Shown here one piece after another: positions 1-10,618 of a DNA stretch of 64,000 bases. The notes under the pieces were generated by a model. The model saw only the letters and a list, made by a program, of their open reading frames with translations, was not told the DNA's origin and searched no databases. The stretch is from contig CM102286.1 in assembly GCA_046563655.1 (NCBI GenBank), forward strand, positions 13,578,001 to 13,642,000. Direction: 5' to 3'. Numbering within the stretch: position 1 is the first letter of the stretch; the number at the start of each line of letters is the position of its first letter. This stretch comes from Yuukianura sp. NJ FZ-2021 (Eukaryota). Made by a program: the position numbers and the translations under genes.

Positions 1-498
1 TTTCAACTCCAGTGTTAGAAATCGTTTTTGCTAGGCTTTGAATTCTAATAGTTTTGGTTGGATGGTCCAAAGTCAGCTGGACGTCCATTTTGGTCAGAGG
101 AAGAGGATGGCAAAGTGGAATCAAAGTAGATGTTTGCTTCCCGCCCATTATGCCAGCGATTTGAGAAATCGTGAGGACGTCGCCTTTTTTCAATTTGTTT
201 TCCACAATTGCTTTAAAAGTTTCTTCGTTCACGACTACTGAACCTTCGGCAATTGCTTCTCGGACGCTTGACTTCTTTTCGGATACGTCCACCATCTGAA
301 CTTTCCCTTCTGCGTCTACGTGACTTAAAATCGATTTGTTATGATTGTCTGATGATGCTTCATGATGCACTGATGTATGAATCAATCGCTGTTGCATCAG
401 TGCAAGTGAATTTGAAGTATTCTTAGTGCTAATGATTGTACTAATCAGTCTTCCAGTTGCGGCACTCGTAGAAAGTTGTAGAAATCTTGCTGTGGGAT
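1..498 (-). CDS. MOCS1: MOCS1B / MoaC domain (cyclic pyranopterin monophosphate synthase) exon of MOCS1, with N-terminal linker; truncated by the window edge
   Basis: The minus strand after acceptor tttcag (500-499) reads ..LSHVDAEGKVQMVDVSEKKSSVREAIAEG..KKGDVLTISQIAGIMGGKQTSTLIPLCHPLPL..KTISNTGVE. This has the MoaC motifs (LSH/MVDV, KGDVL..AGIM..K.TS.LIPLCHP, TGVEM). It is not in the supplied ORF track because it runs off the edge. Confidence 0.96.
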
Positions 499-603
499 CT
501 GAAATATTTTAAATAGATCGTTTAAGAGTTGTTTTCGGCCATGCCATGACATGGAGATGTCGAGTTTAGAAATTGAAATTGATGACATACGTTTAACCCT
601 TCA

Positions 604-2101
604 TCACCCACCGATTAAAATCATTGGTCGATTTTCCATTTTGGACAGGTTCATCATCCCTATTGTATAGAAAAAATTTTAAGTTTATGAATCGGTCACC
701 ACAAAATTACGGGAAAAAATTATGTTTTAATCACCAGCGTGTTTGGCATGTTTCCTCTTCACTCCTCCTCCAATCAACGTCAGCAGTTCATCATCAGTTG
801 CTCCATTTCGAATTGCATCTCTAAAACAAGTCGAAGTAATCAAAATTATGAAATGAAACAGACAATTTTGAAAAAAATGAAAACAAAAAGCTGGTTGATC
901 GGATTTAAGTACCTGAGGGATACTTCCGAGTTACCGAATAGACAAACTTTTAGATTCCCGTCAGCCGTAATTCGTAGTCGGTTACACCCGCCACAGAAAT
1001 GATCCGACATTGAAGTTATGAAACCGAATTTTCCGGTGTATCCTGGAACTTGATACCCCTGTGAATGCAAATAAATGACAAAATTTTTAAGAAAAGTTAG
1101 ACTTTTGCACTCTTGAATTCAAGGATTTTATTAACGTTTTACCTTTGCTGTGTGATTGACCGAGTCTTGTAATTTTTCGTAGTCTGGATACTTCTTTTTG
1201 ATGATATCCAGCATCTCTTGGTATGAAACCATTTTACTCAAATCCCACTTATTTCCAGTGAACGGCATGTACTCGATGAATCGAATGTCAATTGGTCTGT
1301 CCTTGGTCATCTCAACGAAATCACAAAGTTCCTGTTCGTTTACACCCTTCATCACAACGACATTCAGCTTAACTTCCTTCAGAGGACTTTCCAGTGCCAA
1401 TTCAATTCCTTTCCACACTTTGAACCAAGCTGTTGAAGGTCTTCTGGAAATTTTTTCAAAGAGTTTCGGATTTAGAGAGTCCAGGCTAATGTTGATATGG
1501 GTGACTCCATTGGCAATCAAATCTTTTAGGTATCGTTGCAGAAGAATTCCATTCGTTGTGATTCCAATGGAGTTGACGTTCTGACCCGAGAGTTGACCTG
1601 TGACACAAAGCAGTTTTTAGTTAAGGTTTTCCTACCAATTAGATAAAACGTCATAAAAACGTTAACATACCTATGATACTTGGCAATTCCTTACGAATTA
1701 GTGGCTCTCCGCCTGTAAATCGTATTTTGTCAACTCCTTGACTGATGAAAAGTTTTCCAACTCGAACAATTTCTGAATCCGATAGAAGTCTGGCCGTAGG
1801 AGTCAGCGGAACTCCCTCTTCTGGCATACAGTAAGTACCTAAGTAATACAAAATTTAATATTTAATAAATATTGTAACAATAATAATTTAATTTATTGTA
1901 ATATAATTTTATTTCAGTTTTACACTTACATCTGAGGTTACACCTTTCAGTGACGGAGATTCGAAGGTAGTTGTGGGTTCTGCCGAATCTGTCTGTAAGA
2001 AACGCTGAAAATGGCAGAACTTCAGCGTCTCGAAGGCTTTGAAGTCTGGATTTGATTGAGGTTAAGCGTTCTTGTGAAGGCTGCAGGGCTGCTTCCGAGT
2101 T
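604..2101 (-). CDS. MOCS1: MOCS1A / MoaA radical-SAM GTP 3',8-cyclase, multi-exon; first coding exon not resolved (candidate ATG at 2229)
   Basis: Exons 2101-1930, 1838-1671, 1597-1143, 1058-913, 820-735 and 659-604 join in frame at GT-AG boundaries. They give [29 protein letters not shown] (CxxxCxxC), [47 protein letters not shown] and the C-terminal [13 protein letters not shown] double-glycine. Confidence 0.96.
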
Positions 2102-4380
2102 CTAAAACAAAAACGATTTATTAACGATCGAACAAAACAAAATGGAGAAGAGAACCGATCTGTTATGGATGAAAACCAGCACTGTGCTGTTGTACCTGCT
2201 TTAACTTTTGCTTGGCCTAATGACCTCATGACCTCTCCGATTCAAAATATAATACATAACAGTTGTACAGGATGCGAAACGCTATATTATAATGTATGAA
2301 CGTTATATAAATCGTTAGTAAAAGCTACGGCATCAATCGATTTCGATACGCGCAAGCGTAACGTCAACAGCAGGGACGGCGTCGCATAAACTCCACTCCA
2401 ATGAAGTTTCACTTTCTTTTTTTCTTTTTTTTACGATCTGCTGCTGAATGTCGAAACTGGGGGAGCGGCAGGCAAAGTGTGAAGGAGTCAGTGACAGTTA
2501 ATTGTTTTTAACGATTAATCCGCTGTTTTTACGCCTTTGTATCGATTAATCATTGTCAGTTTACTGTTTCCCGTAAGGAGACTTCGTATACAAATCATCC
2601 CTAACCACAGATTATGCTGGGAGTGAGTGAGGAGGTGAATTAGTTTTTAAAAGTTACGTAATTACGAGGAAACTTACGTGTGGAGATTGATTTTGTTGAA
2701 AGGAGCGTACGGAAGCACAAGTGAGTATTTTCAGTAACTTGTTATTTATCAGTAAACCTGCTGGTTGTGACACTTTTACCAAAAACATTACAATTTCTTA
2801 GGTTTGGAAAAGGCTTTAAAACGGCGAAATTGACGTGTGGTGTGGACGAAAGAGTCAGCTGTTTTTGGTTGCAGTTTCACTTTCAGTGACCTTGACTTAC
2901 ACGAAGAGGAAACAATAGCAGTGTGACCTTCAAGGCTTCAATTGCTACTTCGTTTGCTCTAATTCACACGTAGTCGTGGACAGGATACGTTTTGAAGAGC
3001 GACGCAACTGGTGAATTCAACTTGACTTCAATTCAACACGCGACGGAGAAGAGGGGAGATTATTTGTTATTCAACTGGCTATGTGCAAATGGACAACGGA
3101 ATCAGGTAACTACTGATTGCTAATGATATAGTAAGTGGTTCGTTAATGATAAAGCATAAGTACTTAAGTAGGTATTAGGAACAGAAATATCAGGAAGGAA
3201 AATTACGTAAAGTGGGTGTCGTGTGTCATGCATGCGAAAGTATTGCTACATCAATTCACCCTCACCGTGGTTCCATCAGCCATGCATTTTTACTGGCTGA
3301 GGACTACTGGCTGGAAGTTTTTGGTCATTTTTTTCATTTAAACTGTTCTCTAATCTGTAGTCCCTCCTGTATTTTTTATGGGGTATAAGTTACCGACTTC
3401 CCAAGGCGTATCGGCGTATGTGCCATTAATTTGAGAGTGGTATTAGCAGGATTAAAAGTTAATCCAGTGTTATAAAAGTTAATCAGGATGAGCAGTTGAC
3501 AAGTCCTTCACGAACAATATGTCAAAAGAAATTATAAGTAATTGATTTTTATTTGTTAAATGGGAGTGGTTGGGTAGAACCGAAAACGGAAAATATGAAC
3601 AAACAACTTACTCTACCATATTTTTGGTTTAGTATTTGCACTACTGGTTTTTCCAATAATTTAGCAATATTCTGCTGCGGAGGATTCTGAAATGTTGGGG
3701 GATGACAAGCAAACAAGAAATGCTTGCGTTTATTGATTCTTTCCCCTGGGATATTGGTATTAGTGTTCTTGCCAGGGGTTTTCATCACACACCTCTTTTA
3801 AATTGTGCAAATTAAGTGTAACTGTCAATATAAAGTTAGAGGAAGACGAGAGATGTCAAGCGGGATACTGAACATAAGCTATCCTCGTAATAGACTTGCT
3901 ATTTGTGTCAACCATTTATTCCGTCCTAGCGTGGTTGCTTGTCATCTAATCATGATAAATGAAGTGCTAAATCGGTAATCTACTGCGGTTAACCAATAAT
4001 TAGAACCAGAGTCCGATATTTCTGAATCCTGCTGTATCTAAAAGTACTGCAAAAAAGATAAAAAGATTGGAGTAAGAAGTATACTGAACACCAGCTAATT
4101 GTAATTCTTTGTTTTTCTTTTTTCAGACCAATGCTGAGCATTACATTAAGCGGAGCGTTGTAAGAGCAAGTAATCTTCATCTCCTGTTGTATCGCAATCT
4201 GTCACTTCTCACTTGTCGTTAGGATTTGTGAAAAAATTGCTTCATTTTCGTCGTTTTATCAATGGAAAACGTTTCTACCGACGTTTTATTTAAGAAACAT
4301 CAGAGGAGTGCTACAACAGCCTTTCGTCTCACCATTTTACATCCAGTATTTTAACCTGCAAGAACGAAGACGTCCGAAAC

Positions 4381-6813
4381 ATGTCACTGAAAAACTCTAC
4401 ACTTTTAACACGTCCAAGTTCTTGGAGAAGACGAAATCAATTGACTCCGGTCACTATAATCTTCTACTTGGTTCTGACGTTTTCCCCAGACAACGGTTGC
4501 AAAAGTCTTCACATCCAAGGAAATTTTCACACCAATGACTTCTTTCTCTTCCTGTCAAAATTCGGCTTCCAGCAAACCGAGTTCATCAAAGACAACCGCG
4601 TCCAGAGTCAGGGCTACATTTATGGAAACATCACAAACGTCCTGGACGATGGCAAGCATCCATTCCTTCCCACTACTTCAACCACCACTGTAAAACCTTC
4701 AACATCCACCACTACAACTACTACTCCTGCAGTACCCGCTTCATCTTCAATTCCAGCATCCACAAATGCCACCAGTAGCAGTACTTCCAAAACTAACGAA
4801 ATTGACAGTACTTCTAAAACGAATGAAACCAGCAGTAGCATAGCAGTACCGTCATCTACCGAGGCGACGATGCCAACCATTCGTCCAGAGCCGTTGCCCA
4901 CACCTCAGTCCAGTAGACTACCAAGAAGTATTCCACCTAACGCTGCATATCCAGCAACTTTAGTTGCAGTACATCGTAGTTACTTCCTGGACTTCTACCG
5001 ACTGCGGGACTCCAGAGAAGATCCAAACACCATTTGCCAATTGATGTTCCAGGGAATATCTAGTGGAAATGGGTGCAGTGCAGAAGCCAAAGAAAACTTT
5101 CACAAATACCTCCGTCATGTTCCGTGCTCAAAAAATGGAGTGTGTCCAGATGAAACTGACCTCAACACGCTCGTTGAAGGAAGTCAGTTTACTTTTCCCA
5201 TTATGAATAAGAACGAAGCCAAGTAAGTTTGGAGTCTACCAGTATGCCCAGTATGATACTGCCAAAAGTTACTGGATACTGGCAGTATCCAGTGTCTTTT
5301 GGCAGTATTTTTTGGAATGCGACTAATTGTGTGATTTGTGTTACAGATTTTGGTACTTGACTCTAGTCTCTTGCTACTTTGATGAGAGTAAGTGCAAGTG
5401 GCAACACAGTGCAGAAGACACGACAGTCCACTACGACATTTGGCTAGTCAATGGAAACCCGTATAAAAAGAGCGAGAATCCATTGGAAAACCAGTTTTCG
5501 TTTGACCGTCAAGTAAGTTGGGATTTAACATAATTAAATCATACAAATAGAATGAATAAGTTTTAATATAACTATGTTTTTGCTTTCCGCAGGACACTGT
5601 GGAGATCTATCTCGTTTTCTTCGTGGGCTACCTAATTCTGTTTCCGATTCAAATTCACGCGGTTCTGCGGCAGCGTCATATTGTGCCAAAACTTTTCACG
5701 TCTTCAGTAACGCTGGAGCTTGGTGCTGTGATGGCAAATGTCGTTGATGTTTTGAAGTATGCTGTGGATGGCCAAGGATATCCCAAACTTGCAGTATTTG
5801 GAGACATACTGGATATACTGGCCAGGGTTAGCTAGTAACAGTTGTTGCAAAATTTTGAAAAAATGAATTGGAGTTTTTGAAAATTTTGAGTCGCAGTTTT
5901 TTAAATTGGTTTTAGGCAATTTTTATGTTGATACTGCTGGTGCTAGCCAAGGGTTGGGCAGTTACGCGGACAGAACTTACTGGCAAACCGTTTATATTTA
6001 CGATATGGACGATGTACAGCGTTGTTCACATTCTGCTCTACATTTGGAATCAGGTAATTAGATGCTACATTGATAGATACTTTTTGCAACATTTGCTTTT
6101 TTGTGTGATGAATTCCAAAATGTGCTGACTTTGAATTGTTTTACAGACAGAAGTGGATGTGATTGAGGACATCGACGAGTATCAGACTTGGCCAGGATGG
6201 CTAATTCTTATCCTGAGGACGATCATCATGATGTGGTTTGTGTACGAGCTCAAAGACACAATGGATCATGAGCACCAACCTCACAAATTGAACTTCTTTC
6301 TTCACTTTGGAGCTCAAGCGCTCGTCTGGTTCATCTATTTGCCAATTGTCGCACTAATTGCACTCCAAGTATCTCCATTGTGGAGGTCAAAGTTACTTTT
6401 AGGTGAGAGAGACATGATTTACCGTTAATTAAGTTATGGTATGATTAATTGGTTGATTTGGAATGATTTTCTTAGGGATAACATACTCAGCTGACTTTTT
6501 CGCATTTGCTGTCATGACACATTTGCTGTTTCCAACACGCAGTCAGCAATACCTCCTTCTTACGGCCAACAAAATCGACTCGTCAGTCAACGATGAACTG
6601 GAAGAATTCAACGAAGCTCCACATGTAGTCAATCCATATGCGTCGCGCAGAACAAACAACCGTGTCCCTATCAACTACGCCATCAATGGAGCTTCTACTT
6701 TTGACTCCAATTCACTTCTCAGCTTCAACAACAATACCACTTCCAACTCAAATGGAATCCACAACAATTCGTTCTTTGACAACAAAGACAATGTGCCGCT
6801 CATCAGGACATAA
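4381..6813 (+). CDS. GPR180: GPR180/TMEM145-family integral membrane (7TM) protein, ~657 aa
   Basis: Exons 4381-5222, 5347-5512, 5593-5826, 5916-6053, 6147-6402 and 6476-6813 join in frame. There is a signal-like hydrophobic stretch, a luminal domain (FLSKFGFQ, FWYLTLVSC, YDIWLVNGNP, NQFSFD) and multiple TM helices (LLVLAKGWAVTR, EYQTWPG, WFIYLP). GPR180 versus TMEM145 orthology was not tested. Confidence 0.85.
5256..5308. repeat. 53-nt near-perfect palindrome in the first coding-region intron of the GPR180-like gene
   Basis: ATACTGCCAAAAG-TT-ACTGGATACTG-G-CAGTATCCAGT-GT-CTTTTGGCAGTAT: 13-bp and 11-bp perfect arms. Confidence 0.9.
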
Positions 6814-7159
6814 GCAAGCCAAAGCATCTACCTTTCAACGAGTCAAGTTGAATGTACTTTACAATTGCTCAGCTCACCCACTTCAAATCGCTTAAGCGAC
6901 CGGGGGTTAACGGAAAACGCCTAATTCCATATCATAGTAGAATAGAACTTTTAGCATGTTAGAGCAAATCGCATTTTAAGATGTACTCACTCACTCTTGT
7001 GGCGTTTCTAATGGTTGTTCTTTTTTAATCTGGCTCAATAACATGGATTTGGACATGGACATGACATAAGGTTTACCTGGAGGTTGGTGGCCAGTATTAA
7101 AATGCAAAAACTTGCAAATCTTCTTGGAAGTTTGTGTTGTTGACGATGGTTAATTTTTG

Positions 7160-7752
7160 CTAAAGCAGCTTGAGGTGGCCCGTAATTTCATCAATTGTAG
7201 ATACTGGAGCTGGTCCTAAGCCGAGAACAGTAACTGTGCCAGCTTCAATCTGCCAATGAACAAAATGTTCAATTGAGTAATTAGTAATTTGCTATTAATT
7301 AATCGACATTTAAGTAGTTAGTTGAGTGGACTTACTTGGGTATGACCTGCGTCTCTGACAAGGGCATTGACAACACCGATTGCTTTTGCTTTCTTCTGAA
7401 GGCTCTTCAATTCTGCCTCTCCTCCATCACATTTGATACAAATTTTAGTTTGACCCGTAGCTTCCCAAATGTCCAAATTGACTGGATCAGATACTTGAGC
7501 ACTTTGGTAACACATTACTGCTGCGTGACAACACTGAGCAGCGATTTTTCCTTTACCCATTCCAAGATCATTCCGTACAACGAACACCATTTTATGATTT
7601 CTTCCTAAATTTTTGGCACGAATGGCTGCTAATCGGGCTGTCCGTGACAGAGACTGCGGATTACTAGGTGATGCGAAAACGTATTTCTTCAGGATCACTC
7701 CGGTAAGTATTCCTACTCCATAGATGATTGCTGACCCAACGTAGTAGTCCAT
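7160..7752 (-). CDS. PTRH2: Peptidyl-tRNA hydrolase 2, mitochondrial, 168 aa
   Basis: Exons 7752-7336 and 7249-7160. N-terminal TM anchor, then KMVFVVRNDLGMGKGKIAAQCCHAA, GQTKI, VRDAGHTQ|IEAGTVTVLGLGP..IDEITGHLKLL-stop, which are PTH2 family motifs. Confidence 0.96.
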
Positions 7753-7787
7753 GATGAATTGATGAAGACAATGGTGGAGGGATTCGA

Positions 7788-8098
7788 TTATTGTTCCGGT
7801 CTCGGATTCTTCTTCTTATACTCTTCAATACAGACACGGAAGTCCTCCACTTGTTGCTGACACTTCCTCCAGTCGGCGTAGTCAGCGATACAGGTCTAAA
7901 GCATAATTAAGTAATTAATCGTCAGTTCTCGGGAAATTGTATCTTTAATTTAACGTTTCTCACCTGAACGTCGTAGTGCTTTTGTAAACAACCGGTTTTG
8001 GCTAGAAGACGTTCTACTGGATCTTCTGGCTCTTCAGAACCGCTGGCTTGTGTTGGACGTGATCTTTGATGTCCTTCGAACTGGGCCTTTTTCTCCAT
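7788..8098 (-). CDS. COA4: Cytochrome c oxidase assembly factor 4 (twin CX9C protein), 80 aa
   Basis: Exons 8098-7964 and 7895-7788 give MEKKAQFEGHQRSRPTQASGSEEPEDPVERLLAKTGCLQKHYDVQ|TCIADYADWRKCQQQVEDFRVCIEEYKKKNPRPEQ. It has two CX9C motifs plus the EDPVE..L.KTGC and DWR.CQ..V..FR.C signatures. Confidence 0.92.
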
Positions 8099-8718
8099 AC
8101 AGCAGTTGACCTTTGACCTGAAAGCTGAAAAGCAATTGCCAACAATAAACAAATTCGATTGGAAGACAACGAATGTCACAGCAAAATTTCAGATGAAGTT
8201 CGCAGGGAAATTGCAGCACCGAAGACCGGATTTTTTTCTCAATTGGTTCCCGCTGCCACACTTCTCAGGGTGGTGGTGGGAATCGTACTGGGAGCATCTT
8301 TGAAACAATACCATAGGAACTTTCAAAGGTGGTTGATTTAATTAGTTAATTAGCTAATTACTTGATTAATTAGTTAGTTAGAAATAAAATTCATCATGAG
8401 TGAGTTCGATTGATAGAGGACAGTTTACTGGTAATTTGAATGTGAATTTAACACTTGCAACGCCCAAATTTTATCCTGCAAAACTTAGAGAATCCTGATT
8501 GCCACATTTGCGAGTTTAGCCAAAAAAAGATGTCGACAAAGATAAACTATAAGATTTACCAATACATTTGAAGCATTAACTGTTGTTTAACTTACTAATA
8601 AGACGCATCGATGTTACTCTAACAAAGTTATTTTTACAAAACAAGACATTTTCGAGAAAGGAAAATGCTGTTGCTTAGGGTTGGGATGAAGAATGCAATC
8701 GTTTCACTTCTATTAGAC

Positions 8719-10043
8719 TTAACAACATCCGGATTGCTTAGGTTCCAGAGTTCGTCCTGAATCAATTTTGACTCCGGTGCTTGCAGAATCTTGTGAATAT
8801 TGTGGACCAACACGATGCTTGATCTAAACAGACAGAAAGGAAAGGTTAGATCCAATTACTAACTAATTACTAATCGATTGTTCGTTCCATAGGGAAATCA
8901 AAAACTTACTTCTGAAGCCATCGTCATAAACGCTTGCTCCACGTTTGTGGAGTTCTTTGCCGACGTCTCCAAAAACGGAATTCCCAGGCTATCAGCAAAC
9001 TCCTACACAAAGAAAAACGAGAATTTAGCTTCATACAAGACGGCATACACCGATACGTTGTAATTACAAAATAGTTTATGTTTCCACTTCTAACCTTTGC
9101 ATTTTGATAGTTGACAACTTTCTTTGATGTTAAGTCACATTTGTTTCCGACGAGCAGCTTATTCACATTTTCACAGGCATAGCGATCAATTTCTTCCAAC
9201 CATTGCTTCACATTGTTGAATGACTCGAGATCAGTGCAGTCGTAGACAACAATGATCCCATGGGCACCTCTGTAGTAGCTGGAAGTAATTGTTCGGAAAC
9301 GCTCTTGTCCAGCAGTATCCCACTGAAGTCAAATGTCAATTAAAACCGTAAACAAGTGTTGTAAACTATCTTTAACTTACGATTTGAAGCTTGACGGTCT
9401 TTCCGTCTAGGTCAATTGTTCTAATTTTCTGCAACACAAAGGAAATAACCGTTAATCATCATCTATCAAGATCGACATGCAGTAGCAGTACTAAACTTGT
9501 AAAATGTTAAGTCACATCCAAGCATTCAACTTACGAAATCCACTCCTATAGTGCTGATATAGCTATCTGTGTACGTATCGTCCTGTAGTAATCAAACAAT
9601 AATAAGTTAGTGAAAAATAGTAAGGTTAAAATGAGAAGTAACATAGTATGATTCCTCTGTAGTATTTCCACATCATGAATCTCAGTAAAGGTCAATGTCC
9701 CTGAGATTAGTAGCTAACTGTTGACCAACACTTGTCAGCCCCATTTTAATCTTTCCTTTGTTTCTATCTCAGGAATCAACATCTTTTTAGTTACACAACT
9801 CGATAACATAGAACTCACTGAAAATCTTAGAAGTAGGCATGACTTTCCGACTCCAGAATCCCCGATGAGAAGGAGCTTGAAGAGGTAATCACTGAAATAT
9901 CAACAAAACATGCAATCAATCATCACTGAACAACTAACTAACATCGTATTTCATTCATGTATGAATCATGAATCTCAATTTTATATACATAAACACAATA
10001 ATATCAAATCCAAGACTTACTAATCAGCGTTCATTGTTGCCAT
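8719..10043 (-). CDS. Rab1: Rab1 small GTPase, 205 aa
   Basis: Exons 10043-10021, 9891-9819, 9582-9535, 9428-9381, 9322-9095, 9002-8910 and 8823-8719. They read [88 protein letters not shown] and end in a GCC prenylation motif. Confidence 0.97.
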
Positions 10044-10618
10044 TCCAGTACTTTGAACAGATCAATCGATATTTGACAGAACCTAGAGAGACGAACTCAA
10101 ATCGACTATAAAGCTTAGGAACCAGTAATCACCTGTAATACACAAAAATCAGATCAATCAATTACTCACTAGAATACGCCTCATTCCAAACCTCTTGTGT
10201 CAGGTGACTATCCCTGTCCAGATTATGTACTAAAATAACGTCGTCATATTTACCTCTTGTAATTGCGTCTTGTTCTTGTTTTGGCTAGCAATTTAGGTCA
10301 GTGTTCGGGTGGACTTTGGTGAGCTGCTGCTGAAGTGCTGAGGACTGGATGTTCGGGTCACTTGATAATGAGATTAGTGATTAAAATTTAACTTGATTCC
10401 CCTTAGCTGTACTTTTGGAAGGTAATTGAAGGGAGATACTGGACGTAGTGTGTAGATGACGGGGAGTTTTTTAGAAAAGAGCTCGTATCTCACCATAGGC
10501 TCTTAGGCTAAGTGGTCATGCGATATGGAATGCAATTGAGTTATAGGCTTTGGATATAAGCTTAAATAGTCTTTCGGTATAGGTCTATCCTAACATCATC
10601 ACAGGGAGTGCTATGTGT

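Noticed and set aside
601..606. Selenocysteine or readthrough at the MOCS1A TGA
   Set aside because: There are two consecutive TGA codons, MoaA needs a free C-terminal GG, and splicing explains the fusion.
38..1584. Plus-strand ORFs over MOCS1
   Set aside because: Antisense shadows of well-supported minus-strand exons.
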